Assembly: GCA_963753345.1 (NCBI GenBank)
Contig: CAVWBU010000047.1
Location: 32,001-96,000, forward strand
Source: an uncultured Fibrobacterota bacterium
GTDB taxonomy: Bacteria; Fibrobacterota; Chitinivibrionia; Chitinivibrionales; FEN-1185
Reading direction: 5' to 3'
DNA length: 64,000 bases
The position numbers and the translations under genes are program-made. The notes beneath the pieces were generated by a model, which saw nothing but the letters and a program-made list of their open reading frames with translations, searched no databases and was not told the DNA's origin. Positions 50,543 to 61,021 of the stretch are shown piece by piece; the stretch's first letter is position 1, and each line of letters starts with the position of its first letter.

Positions 50543-51557
50543 GCCGGATCCCGTTCGAGCACAAACTGGCCGCGCATTGCGAATCGGGAATGCTGTCGGC
50601 GCTCCTCAATCACAACGGGCTGCAAATCAGCGAGCCCACGGTGCTCGGCATCACCGGCGCCATCTTCTTCGTGTTTATCAAGACGCCCCACATGGTGTTC
50701 CCCGTGTTCGACATGAGGAGCAGGCCGGGCGACATGCGCAAGAACCTGGGAAAGCGGCTCGGCGTTGAGTTCTGCACGCAGAAATTCCGCGATCCCGTAA
50801 CGGCGCGCGCCTCGCTCGAAGCGCTGGTCGCCCGGGGCATTCCGACCACGGTCCAGGTCGACATGTTCTACATGGACTACATCCCCTCGTATATGCGCGT
50901 GCATTTCAACGCGCATTTCATTGTGGTGCTGGGCAAGGAAGGCAATGACTTCCTGGTGAGCGACTGTTATTATCCGTCGATTTCGAGGCTCTCGCAGGAC
51001 TCGCTTGACAAAGCGCGCTTTGCAAAAAGCGATTTCGCGCCCAAGGGGTTCCAGTTCTACGTTGACATCGGTGCCCGCCGGACGGCGTGAGCGACGACGT
51101 GCTCAGGGCGGCGGCCATCAGGGGAATTAAACAGGCAGCCTCCAACATGGTGAAGCTGCCGGTGCCCTTTATCGGCATAAAAGGCATGCGCCGCTTCGCC
51201 GACAACATTCCCTCGTGGCCTAAAATCGCGCGCAACACGGACGCGCTGTCGCACGCAATAATGTCAATCCACATCACGCTAGAGGAGCGCGGCACGGGCG
51301 GCGGGGGATTCCGGTTCATGTATGCCTCGTTTCTGCAGGAGGCGGCAAAGCTCTGCAACAGGCCGGAATTTTCCGACATGTCAAAACGGATCATGGGCAT
51401 CGGGGACCGGTGGAGGGAGCTGTCGCTCTTTGTGGCGCGCATCGGCAAGGACCGCGACCTGGGCGACAAAAGGATGCAGGAGATTCGCACAATGATCCGC
51501 GCCCGCGCCGACGAAGAAGAGGCCTTTTTCAAAGACCTCCTTGCCATGGTCAAATAG
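50539..51557 (+). CDS. BtrH N-terminal domain (papain-like peptidase fold) + DUF4872-like protein; apparent frameshift near 51075
   Basis: FEHKLAAHCESG, VDMFYMDY, HFNAHFIVV, EERGTGGGGFRFMYASFLQEAA. Confidence 0.82.
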
Positions 51558-51606
51558 GAAATTTGATACCGCCCGGAAGGGCTTTACCAGAACCACGAGT
51601 GAAACA

Positions 51607-51915
51607 ATGCCAGACCCCACGCCGCGGATTGCGTCCCCGGAACTCAAGATGGAAATCAAGAAGCTTATCCTCGAGACGCTCAAAATATCGGATGTCAAGC
51701 CCGAGGACATCGACAACGCCGCATCCCTGTTCGAAAACAACCCCGTTGTCCAGCTCGACAGCGTCGACGCGCTGGAAATCGTGATGGCGCTGCAGCGCGC
51801 CTACGGCGTGCACATCGACGACCAGAACATCGGCCGGTTCATTATCAAGTCGGTGGATTCGATAGCCGAGTTCGTGGCGAAGGAAAAGGCGAAGGCTAAT
51901 AGTTATTTATCATGA
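51607..51915 (+). CDS. Acyl carrier protein
   Basis: LDSVDALEIV phosphopantetheine attachment motif; acidic, about 100 aa. Confidence 0.88.
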   Translation: MPDPTPRIASPELKMEIKKLILETLKISDVKPEDIDNAASLFENNPVVQLDSVDALEIVMALQRAYGVHIDDQNIGRFIIKSVDSIAEFVAKEKAKANSYLS

Positions 51916-51916
51916 C

Positions 51917-52030
51917 ACCGGGGGAGAGGTTTCTCCCCCGGCCTCGGCCCTGCAGTCCTCGGCACTCCCCTCTCCTGCGTGGCCCCCTTGATGGTGTAGT
52001 TGCGAGACCGATACCTCGGCTGGGGGGCAC
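51917..52030 (-). repeat. Repeat family B, copy B5
   Basis: Reverse complement aligns with B4 (GGAGAGGGGAGTGCCGAGGAC, GAGGCCGGGGGAGA.ACCTCTCCCCCG). Confidence 0.8.
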
Positions 52031-52198
52031 GCACGAGCAGCGGCTGGCGGGTTCTTCAATATTCGCAAATTCTCCCTTCGAATGAGTATCGAGAAAACTG
52101 TTTTCATCCTGTGTGGCCTGGATCTTCGATCCAGGTTCCTCCAAACAGAACCGTAAAATTCAAGAATCACCTATTATTCATGATTGTATATTCTTGAA

Positions 52199-53791
52199 AT
52201 GAATCGACTACAAATCATTTCATCGATATTCTTTCTCCTTCTCGTTTTTTCCTGCCAGCAGAAACCGCAGCGCCTCGGCATGCCTGCGAATTTCAACGGC
52301 ACGATCCCGGACACCATCACTATCGTTTCCTACAACGTTGAAAACCTGTTCGATATGGTTGACAACGGGGACGAGTATCCCGAATACAAGCCGAACCACA
52401 GCAACTGGACGAACAACACCTATCAGATCAAGTGCGCCAATATTGCGTCGGTGCTTGCGCAGATCAACGCGGACATTGCGGTGCTTGTCGAAGTGGAAAA
52501 TGAAAACGCGCTATCCGGGCTTCGAGCCGCGCTTGCGGAACGGAAGTGCTTTTATCCCTATTACGCCCTTGGCAACGGGGCAGGAAACAGCAGCGTGATG
52601 CCGGCGGTGCTGTCGAAATTTCCCCTGCTGTGGGAGAAAACGTTCGGGGTTGCGGCCGGCGCGTGGCAACACAGCAGAAACATGCTTGAGACCGCAGTGT
52701 ATCTGGGTTCGGACACGCTTATCGTGCTCGCGTGCCACTGGCCGAGCAAGACCCACAAGGAATCGGACAGGCTTGCAAACGCGAAACTCCTTGCCGACAC
52801 GCTCGCTTTGCTTCCGAAAAGCAGGGACTATGTTGTGGCCGGAGATTTCAACGAGGACTACGACGAATGCGAAACGTTCCACACCACAGGGCTCGATGAC
52901 ACCAAGGGTGTGACCGGACTGAACCATGTACTCGGAACCGCGAGCTCTGCGCCGGGGAAATTTGTGGTCTTCAGGCGCAAAAGCGAGGTCGCGTCGGACA
53001 CGGCCATTGCGCTTTTCGATCCGTGGCTGGAGCTTCCCGAAGCGCGGCGGCTTACCACCGTGTACAAGGGCAGGCCCGAAACGCCCGACCATATCCTGCT
53101 TCCCGCGTCGATGTTTGACACAATGGGAATCTCCTATGTCGACAATTCATTCACGCCGTTCACCTGGAACGGCAGGCTCACCAAGGACGGCGCGCCCTTC
53201 CGCTGGCAGATGCGCTTTACAAAAAACGGGCCCATCCACATGGGGGAAGGTTATTCGGACCATCTGCCGGTATTGGCAAAGCTGTGCCGGAAGCCGTACC
53301 GATGGCCGGATGGCCGGCGTGGCGGCATTGACAAGCCGGAACGCGCGATGTGCCAAGGGAGATTTTGAGGACGGCGTTGACGGATGGGTCTCATGCGTCA
53401 AGCACGTGGCCGTGGCGCGCGACTCCGCCTCTCCCCATTCGGGCAGCTATTGCCTTGCTATAACCGGCAGGGCGGCCGCGAACGCCTCTGCCGCGAGGTG
53501 CAGAATCTCGGTTTCCGGCGCCTGCCCAAACGATTCCCGCGCGCTTATCATTCTGGCTCAAAGGTTCCGGCAGCCTATGCTTCCGCCTGTGCCAGGGCGT
53601 CGGAGAATAACTGGATGTATTTCAGGGGTGAAGACTTTACTCCCGCGAAAGCAGGAAAGTATACGGATTATATGTTTGACAAATGGACGAACATTTCACT
53701 GCCACTCGTAGCTATGTCAGGAACTGAAAAGGAAATTGATGTGGAACTAAGGACGAAGAAAGATAAAGAGATGAGAATTATTTATGGATGA
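52199..53791 (+). CDS. Endonuclease/exonuclease/phosphatase family lipoprotein with a C-terminal extra domain; apparent frameshifts near 53320 and 53560
   Basis: Lipobox VFSC; SYNVENLFD, LVEVEN, HWPSK, GDFNE, PDHIL, GYSDHLPV. Confidence 0.82.
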
Positions 53792-53938
53792 TGTAAAAAT
53801 TGTTTGCAATTAGCAATAAATGGATTTAAGAGTCTGGGCGTTCCCCTTGCCTATCACGGCGATAGTGCGAAGGAATACAATCCCTTTTTCAACAATCGCA
53901 TATCAACCACAGGATATTCGAGCAAGCACTTGTCATAT

Positions 53939-54079
53939 GCGCGTGCGTTAGGGACGACTGGAGGTCCCGCCAAAGCGGGATGCCGCCCGGACCCGGCCTG
54001 TGGGCCATAGGGCCGAGGCGGCCCGAGGCCGGAGGCCGAGACCGGAAGGAGAACCGACCCGCGTAGCGGGGAACGCCCA
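53939..54079 (-). repeat. Repeat family A, copy A9; opposing 5' fragment at 53835
   Basis: GCGTTAGGGACGACTGGAGGTCCCGCCAAAGCGGGATGCCGCC..GCCCGAGGCCGGAGGCCGAGACCGGAAGGAGAACCGACCC..GGGGAACGCCCA. Confidence 0.87.
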
Positions 54080-54106
54080 TCTTGTTTGTAAATTAGTAAA
54101 TTGGGA

Positions 54107-55257
54107 CTAGAGCCTTCTTATCGCCATCATCGTAATATCATCCGACTGCTCGACATCACCCACATACTTCGCCAGTTCCGCCTCTATTCTCATCAGCAGC
54201 GTCCGCGCGTTCTGCGGTTTTGAATCAAAAATCGGAACAAGCCGCTCCCTGCCGAAAAGCTCTTCCGCGGCGTTTTTCGCCTCGATCACGCCGTCGGTAT
54301 AGGCGAGCAGCATGTCTCCTCGGGAAAGAATCGCCTCCCTCACCACATAGTCCGGCTCCGGAACAATGCCGAGCGCGGGGCCGCACAACCGGAGCGACGT
54401 GACCGCGCCGCCGGGCGAGAGGATCACGGGCGGATAATGTCCCGCCGCAATGTAGCGCAGGCCGCCTTCCCTGGTGTCAAGAACGCCGAACAGAAGGGTG
54501 GTGAACAGATAGCTTTTCTTGAGGCGGTGGTGCCGCGTGAGGTAGCTGTTGGTGAGCGTCACCGCATCCAGGATGTCGGCGTCGCCCTTGGCCTGCTCGG
54601 AAAAGGCGCGCATAAGGCTGCGCACAAGCGCCATGAACAGCGCCGCGCCCACGCCCTTGCCGCACACGTCCGCGATCATGAAGCAGAGCCTGTTGTCGCC
54701 GAGCATGAACGCGTCATAGAAATCGCCCGCCACCTCGAAGGCGGGCGCGAACGACGCCTTCACTTCCCAGCCCTCGGGCTGCGGAAGCTGCCTCGGGCAG
54801 GAAATCCGCCTGGATCTGGCGGCCCAGCTCCAGCTCGTGCTTGACATGGAGCATATACTCCTGCTCCTGGTCGCGCAGCCGTTTCTTTTCGAGCGAGGCC
54901 GAGACGCGCGCGTTGAGAATCACCCTGTTGACGGGCTTGTACAGAGTAATCCTCGGCGCCGAGTTCGATGCATTTCACCACGTTGTCGATGTCGTCGATG
55001 GCAGAGACCACGATGACCGGAACATGGCGGAGCGTTTCGTCGTCCTTGAGCCGCGAGAGCGTCTCGATGCCGCCCATCACGGGCATCATGATGTCGAGCA
55101 GGATGCAGTCAAATTGACTTTTGACAATCATGGCGAGCGCCTCCGCGCCGTTCGACGCGGCCGCGGTGGCGTGTCCCTGGCGGGACAGGAGACGGCAGAG
55201 AAGCTCGCGGTTGTCCGGAATGTCGTCCACGACGAGGATACGCGCCTGTTGGGTCAT
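54107..55257 (-). CDS. Response regulator receiver + SpoIIE/PP2C phosphatase (RsbU-like); apparent frameshifts near 54940 and 54795
   Basis: RILVVDD, ILLDIMMP, GAEDY; VAGDFYD, IADVCGKGVGAAL, YTDGVIEA, DDIT. Confidence 0.86.
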
Positions 55258-55632
55258 GACGGGCCGCCTTTGCGGATAAGGGTTTCCATCGCGGCAATGA
55301 GCCGGTCGAATTCCAGGGGCTTTGTCTCGTACCGGTCGCAGCCCGCCGCAAGGCCGCGGCTCTTGTCTTCGGCCATGGCGTGCGCGGTGAGCGCGACCAC
55401 CGGGATGGCCGCGGTGGCGGGCGACGCCTTGAGCCGGCGGGTGGCTTCCCATCCGTCAAGAACAGGGAGGCCCATGTCCATAATGACAAGGTCGGGCTGC
55501 CGCTTTTTTGCCAGGTCCACGCCCGTTGCGCCGTCGGCCGCCGTGATCACCTCATAGCCCTTTCGCGCAAGCCTGCGCGAGAGCATGTCGGCGTCGAGGG
55601 GATTATCTTCGATGATCAGGACAAGCGGCCAT
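55254..55632 (-). CDS. Single-domain response regulator (DivK/CheY-like)
   Basis: VLIIEDN, DLVIMDMGLPVLDGWEATRRLK, ALTAHAM, GCDRYETKP; the ATG at 55632 is one base out of frame (probable indel). Confidence 0.88.
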
Positions 55633-55760
55633 GATATTATCCTTTGCAACACGAGAAAGAATTGGGCGCCCCGCTGCTGTGCAGCGGCGACCCCAAAGAA
55701 GCATGAGCAGGCACATGACAAAATGAGAATGATTGGAAGTCGGATCATGGCTGATTTCAC

Positions 55761-56387
55761 CTAAAAGATGTCCAAAATGGCGGATAGGCCGATCATGATT
55801 TCAAACCAGTTCGTGCCGAAATCTGCTTCTCCCAAATTCCGGATGGTGTTAGTACTGTCGTTTTGATCAATGGTCACTCTATTGATGGACGAGCCAGTTG
55901 AATGTCCTAAATAATCCATATCAATTTGAATCCTGAAATAATTGTTCACACGGTATCCGAAGGCGACTGTCGTCCCAAAACCAGATTGAAAAGATTCAGT
56001 ATTATTCGGCCAATACAGAATGCCCAGGGAATACGATAAGTAAAGGTTGCTGAATTTCTGGCTTGGAGCCACCATACTCGCCACGGCAACATAAGATAAT
56101 TGCTGAAATCGCTCGTAGGAACGGTTGCTCCACATCATGAAATGAGAATAGCGTAGAAAGAGCGAAAAACGGGGATTGATTTCCAGGCCCATGTCAAGCG
56201 ACGGAATGAGCGACCCTTTTGAAAACGGACCCGCGCGGGAAGTAGAATCAAATTCGCTCCAGTATTCCCAAGAAAGCGCATACGCCCCTTCCGCGCCGAT
56301 ATCCAACCTGAATTTCGGTATGAAATGCTCCTTTGAAAAGCACAGGCAGGCACATGACAAAATGAGAATGATTGTTAGCCGGTTCAT
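55761..56387 (-). CDS. Putative outer-membrane beta-barrel protein, low GC
   Basis: Signal peptide MNRLTIILILSCACLC, amphipathic beta-strand pattern, C-terminal Phe. Confidence 0.6.
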   Translation of the reverse strand: MNRLTIILILSCACLCFSKEHFIPKFRLDIGAEGAYALSWEYWSEFDSTSRAGPFSKGSLIPSLDMGLEINPRFSLFLRYSHFMMWSNRSYERFQQLSYVAVASMVAPSQKFSNLYLSYSLGILYWPNNTESFQSGFGTTVAFGYRVNNYFRIQIDMDYLGHSTGSSINRVTIDQNDSTNTIRNLGEADFGTNWFEIMIGLSAILDIF

Positions 56388-56604
56388 GGCGAATTCCAAT
56401 AAATCAATATCGGACAAACAGGATACTGCCCCGTTGACAGCCTCCCCGGGGGGAGGTTGGTGGGGCGATACAATAAGCATTTTGTCATTTCATTTCTTAA
56501 GGGTATGGTAATGGTGCTTCGCACCTTCTATTATGTCTTTTCCCCTTTCCTTACGGGGTTTTAGGGGCGGAGCCCCTACCATATCTTGGTTTTGTATTGA
56601 TATC

Positions 56605-59229
56605 TTAATTGGTATTCTCCTCCGGTTCTTCTTTGTTTTCCACCCTCACCGGCAGCATAATCACAAACTCCGACCCTTTCCCGGGCTCGCTCGACACCGT
56701 GATGTCGCCGCCCATGAGCCTGCACAGGCTCCGCGAAATGGCGAGCCCGAGTCCCGTGCCGCCGTAAGTCCGCGCGGTCGACGAGTCGCCCTGGGCGAAC
56801 GCGGCGAACACGCTTTCGGCCTGCTCCTGCGTCATGCCGATGCCGGTGTCGCTTATCGAAATCCTGTACCACTCCTTTCCCTCCCGCCATTCGCGGCCGG
56901 CAAAAAGCCGCACCTCTCCTTCCTTGGTGAACTTGGCCGCGTTGCTCAGGATGTTGATCGCTATCTGCCGTACTTTAGTACTGTCGCCGTACATGACGCC
57001 CACGGTTTCCTCGCAGCCGGTGACAAGCGTAATGGAGCGGCCGACAATCTGCGGCCGCACCGCGTCGGCCGCGCCGTTCAAAACGAGCGGCAGATCGAAT
57101 TCCTCCAGATACAGGCTCATCTTCCCGGCCTCGATTTTGGAAAGGTCGAGAATGTCGTTGACAATTGCGCGAAGGTGGACGCCGGCCGCGCTGACCTTGT
57201 CGAGGTCGGCGGCAAGCTGCGCGTCGTTCTTTCCCGCCGCGTCTTCGGCGAGCATTTCGCTGTATCCCACGATGGCGTTGAGCGGCGTACGCAGCTCGTG
57301 GCTCATGCTGGCGAGGAAAACGCTTTTCGACCTGTTGGCGGTCTCGGCCGCCTCCTTGGCCTTGGACAGCTCGATCTCGGTCTCTTTTCTCTGGAACACC
57401 TCCGATTCGAGCCGGCGGTTGGCGAGCGCGAGGTCGCTCGTCTGGTCGTGGACTTTCTTCACGAGAATCGACGCGTTGAGCGCCGCGGAGATCTGTTCCG
57501 ACAGGATGGCAAAAAGGTGCAGCTGCATGAAGCCGGCCTCGAGAAGCAGGAAGCCGAGCAGGTCGTCGCCCGCAGAAAGAGGAACGGCGATCATGGAGAA
57601 CGGCTGCTCAAAGCGGAGAAGGCCCGGAGGAAAAAGCTGCTGCGCGGGAAAGGAAAGCCCGTGGGGCGGATACGTCTCGGTCCTGCCGCCTTCAAACGAC
57701 AGCACGAGGACCAGACCCGGCGGTCGCGGTCGCTCAAGCGCGCTCGGCCCTATAAGCGATGCGGCGATTTCCTCGCACAGCACCACGTGTCCGCGGGGAA
57801 TGCCCAGCTCCCAGAGGCCCCGGGCCGTTTCGTCGAGAAGACGGCCGGGGTCGAACGTGGTGAGCAGGGTGTGCGCTATGGCGCTAATGATTGACATCAG
57901 GGACTCTTCCCGGAGCTTTGCGAAACCCTGGGCGCGGCGGGCGCTCTCGGCGATCATGGTGGTGCCGCGCTGGAGCAGGTCTTCGGCGACGAGCGCCTCC
58001 GCCGGCGAAAGGATGGTCCTCGCGCTGGAGCGCAGGGCCCACAGCGCATCGTGCCACGCCAGGACATTTTCCCCTTTTTCAAGCGTGGCCTGCAGCGCTT
58101 CGTCGAGGACCTGCAAAAAGACGTTGGAGAGCTTTCCCTTTGTGTCAACAAAGAACGCCTTGAAGAGCCTGGCCGCGAGTTCCTTGCGGAACGTCGCCAG
58201 ATGGTCCTGCGGCGACGCCTCGGTGACCGCTGCGGCCATCTCGGTGACGATGCGCTCCTTTGCGGCCCGAAACGAGCCTTCGGTCCGGTGTTTCTCCGGT
58301 ATCGCATGGCGCTCGTGGATCTTCTGCAGGTTCGCGCCGAACGGACACCCGCACGATTGACGGAGTATCATGGCGGAAGCAAGAAAGACCCTGCGCGACA
58401 CCGCTTTGCCCGCAATGAGATCAAGCACCATGTCCGCGGCCTGGCTGCCGATGTTGTAGAGCGGCTGGCGCACCGTGGTGAGCGGCGGCGACACGAAACT
58501 GCACTCTTCGATGTCGCCGAAGCCCGTGACGGCAATGTCGTACGGCACGCGCAGGCCGCGCGCCGCAAGCCCTGCAAGGGCGCCGAGCGCCATCTCGTCG
58601 TTTGCCGCGACGACGGCTTCAAACTCGATGCGCCATTTGTCAAGCATCACCGACACGGCGCGCTCGCCGGAACGCCTCGACCAGTCGCCCTGCGCCACGC
58701 GCTTGGGATCGGCCGCAAGTCCGTATTCGGTGAGCGTGTCGAGGAACACCCGGAACCGGAGCTCGGCGCCGGGGTTATCAACGGGCCCGCGGATAAACGC
58801 GATCCGCTTGAAACGGTGTTCGTGGAGCAGGTGACGCATGAGGTCGCGGAATCCCGATTCCTTGTCGACAAACACGGCCGGCATGTCGCCGAGCGCCTGA
58901 TCGATGCTCACCACGGGTTTGGGCAGATATCGGCTGTACACGCTCATGAACTCTTCGGGGGACACATACGTGCCGAGTGTGCCGGATATGATCAGGCCGT
59001 CAACGTCCGCAGGGCTCACATGGTAGAACAGGGGGGAGGTTGACCCGGCCGGGCCGGTCGGAACTTTTTCTGAGACCTGGCCCGGTATGCAAATCATGCT
59101 TGCCCCGCGCTGGCGCGCGGCATCGGCGGCCCCGAAAAACAGTCCGGCCTGGTACGCAATCGGGACGTCTTCCAGAAACAGCCCGATCAGCGGATGACGT
59201 TTCCTGTCTTTGTGGACTTGCCTGGTCAT
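56605..59229 (-). CDS. Cytoplasmic histidine kinase with N-terminal LacI-type ligand-binding domain
   Basis: RIAFIRGP, AANDEMALG, RVPYDIAVTGFGD, PPLTTVRQP; FLASMSHELRTPLNAI, NILSNAAKFT, DTGIGM, GGTGLGLAI. Confidence 0.92.
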   Translation of the reverse strand: MTRQVHKDRKRHPLIGLFLEDVPIAYQAGLFFGAADAARQRGASMICIPGQVSEKVPTGPAGSTSPLFYHVSPADVDGLIISGTLGTYVSPEEFMSVYSRYLPKPVVSIDQALGDMPAVFVDKESGFRDLMRHLLHEHRFKRIAFIRGPVDNPGAELRFRVFLDTLTEYGLAADPKRVAQGDWSRRSGERAVSVMLDKWRIEFEAVVAANDEMALGALAGLAARGLRVPYDIAVTGFGDIEECSFVSPPLTTVRQPLYNIGSQAADMVLDLIAGKAVSRRVFLASAMILRQSCGCPFGANLQKIHERHAIPEKHRTEGSFRAAKERIVTEMAAAVTEASPQDHLATFRKELAARLFKAFFVDTKGKLSNVFLQVLDEALQATLEKGENVLAWHDALWALRSSARTILSPAEALVAEDLLQRGTTMIAESARRAQGFAKLREESLMSIISAIAHTLLTTFDPGRLLDETARGLWELGIPRGHVVLCEEIAASLIGPSALERPRPPGLVLVLSFEGGRTETYPPHGLSFPAQQLFPPGLLRFEQPFSMIAVPLSAGDDLLGFLLLEAGFMQLHLFAILSEQISAALNASILVKKVHDQTSDLALANRRLESEVFQRKETEIELSKAKEAAETANRSKSVFLASMSHELRTPLNAIVGYSEMLAEDAAGKNDAQLAADLDKVSAAGVHLRAIVNDILDLSKIEAGKMSLYLEEFDLPLVLNGAADAVRPQIVGRSITLVTGCEETVGVMYGDSTKVRQIAINILSNAAKFTKEGEVRLFAGREWREGKEWYRISISDTGIGMTQEQAESVFAAFAQGDSSTARTYGGTGLGLAISRSLCRLMGGDITVSSEPGKGSEFVIMLPVRVENKEEPEENTN

Positions 59230-59373
59230 TGCTTGCCGCTCTGCGGTTGCGTGCGGGTGCGCGCGGGCGAGCGGCGGGTGTTCACGCTTGTGTGGGGATT
59301 ACTCCGAATAAACCCGCCGCAGGGAATCTGCCAATAGTATACCAATACGGCAGCCTTGGAGAGAAGCGCAATG

Positions 59374-60126
59374 TTAGAGCGCAAAAACATCCCTGAGCAG
59401 ATGTCTCCCGCCGTCAACGAAAATGATTTCGCCGGTGATAAACGGGCTTAAGGCAAGAAACAGAACCGCCCGTGCGATGTCGTCGGCGCTGCCGTGCATT
59501 CTGAGCGGAACCCTGGCTGCGAGCGAATCAAGGTAGGCCTCGGTTTTTCCCGCGGGCGGGAGAATAAGGCCGGGCGCCACGCCGTTGACGCGGATGCGGG
59601 GCGCGAACTCCAATGCGCAGATTTTCGTGAGCGCTGCCAGGAGGTGTTTCGAAAGAATGTAGGCGGCGTGGGTTGCGTCGCGGCCCGCGATCCGCGCATC
59701 GAGCAGGTTCACGATACAGCCCTTTTTCGCGGTTGTTGCAAACGCCCTTGAAAGACACAGCGGCGCCCAGGCGTTAGCGCCGATATGCTCCGTCATGTCG
59801 CGCAGGGTGATGCGCGACAGCGCGCCCTCGCGGAACAGCGAAGCGTTGTTCACCAGAAGAGACAGCGTGTTTGCGCTCAGGGAATTTGCCGTGCGGATGA
59901 GCGACCGGCAGCCCGTGGGGCTGCCGAGAGCGCCGCCGCAGGCCCATGCCCGGACGCCGCGGCTTTCGAGCTCGCGCGCAAGGCGCAGCGCCTCGGATCT
60001 TGATTTCCGGTAATGGACCACGACGTTCATCCCGGCCGCGGCGCACGCAAGCGCAATGGCCCGCCCCACGCGCCGCGCTCCTCCCGTGATGAGCGCGGTT
60101 GCATTTGTAAAGGATTGTCCGGCCAT
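59374..60126 (-). CDS. SDR oxidoreductase, pteridine reductase/FolM-like
   Basis: TGGARRVG, VVVHYRKS, LVNNASLF, YILSK, RVNGVAPGLIL, VDGGRHL. Confidence 0.85.
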   Translation of the reverse strand: MAGQSFTNATALITGGARRVGRAIALACAAAGMNVVVHYRKSRSEALRLARELESRGVRAWACGGALGSPTGCRSLIRTANSLSANTLSLLVNNASLFREGALSRITLRDMTEHIGANAWAPLCLSRAFATTAKKGCIVNLLDARIAGRDATHAAYILSKHLLAALTKICALEFAPRIRVNGVAPGLILPPAGKTEAYLDSLAARVPLRMHGSADDIARAVLFLALSPFITGEIIFVDGGRHLLRDVFAL

Positions 60127-60132
60127 GGAACG

Positions 60133-60732
60133 CTACCTGGTTGCTGGCCCCGCTGCGGTGTCGGCCGGCTGGCCCGGCTGCCGTGCGGGTGCGGCCGGCT
60201 GCGGGGGTTGCTGCGCCTGCGGAACGGATTGTTCCTGCTTTTCGGGCGGCTGCGCGGTCTGCTTCGGTTCCGTGGCGGGAGAGGCCGCAGCGGGCGCCCG
60301 CTTCTGCACGGGAGGTTCCGCGGACTCGTTCTCGTCCCTGTTCGCGGATGATTTCTGTTTCTTCTTGTAGCGGGTGATGTCGAAGTAATAGAAGTGTTTC
60401 TCCCCGACCTTGGGTATCTCCACCTGGACCATGTCGTAGGTTCTCCCGCTGTCAACGACCGTGGTCTTCTCCACGAGCCGCCAGTCCTTGTCCTTTATTC
60501 CCCAGGAACTCGAGATGAATCCGTCTTCGGCGTTCACCGCCTCGGTATAGTCCTTGCCTCCGGTGATTTTCACGGCCGTTTCATAGGAATCGCCGAGGCC
60601 TCCGGACGCGCGGGCGGATTCGGACTTCTTCACCGGATTTTCGCCTTTGCCCATGGTCTGCCTCGAAAGGCATCCGGCAACGGCCAGCGCGCAGGCAACG
60701 CAAATCGACAATCGGAAGAAAAGGGGTTTCAT
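60133..60732 (-). CDS. Hypothetical lipoprotein with Pro/Gln/Ala-rich tail
   Basis: RBS AGGAGG, lipobox VAGC, GDSYETAVKI..YD..YYFDIT domain. Confidence 0.7.
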   Translation of the reverse strand: MKPLFFRLSICVACALAVAGCLSRQTMGKGENPVKKSESARASGGLGDSYETAVKITGGKDYTEAVNAEDGFISSSWGIKDKDWRLVEKTTVVDSGRTYDMVQVEIPKVGEKHFYYFDITRYKKKQKSSANRDENESAEPPVQKRAPAAASPATEPKQTAQPPEKQEQSVPQAQQPPQPAAPARQPGQPADTAAGPATR

Positions 60733-60830
60733 CCAGTCCTCCTTTAATCCATGGTCAGTATCTAAATAAAATAGATTTCCACGCTGCGTAAAGCCAATAT
60801 TGCGTTGGTAGATATAATTACAAGAGCCCT

Positions 60831-60925
60831 TGGGCGTTCCCCTCGCCTTCGCTATCGCTCAGGCTCGGGTCGGTTCTCCCTCCGGTCGCCCCTACCGCGC
60901 GGCAGAGGAAGTCTTGTCAGTCAAC
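60831..60925 (+). repeat. Repeat family A, copy A10 (internally deleted)
   Basis: TGGGCGTTCCCCTCGC..GCTCGGGTCGGTTCTCCCTCCGGTCGCCCCTACCGCGCGGCAGAGG..GTCAAC. Confidence 0.8.
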
Positions 60926-61021
60926 TATTTCTCCCCGCGCCAATCGGCATGCGCAATAAATCAATCCTGCTCGTTGTTGACTTTCAAACTTTTCAACGAT
61001 TCAACGTTTCAACGGCTCTCC

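Noticed and set aside
55254-55760. Signal-peptide-bearing response regulator (168-aa ORF)
   Set aside because: The N-terminal extension is a duplicated leader plus a repeat-A stub, joined in frame by a probable 1-bp indel at the real start near 55632.
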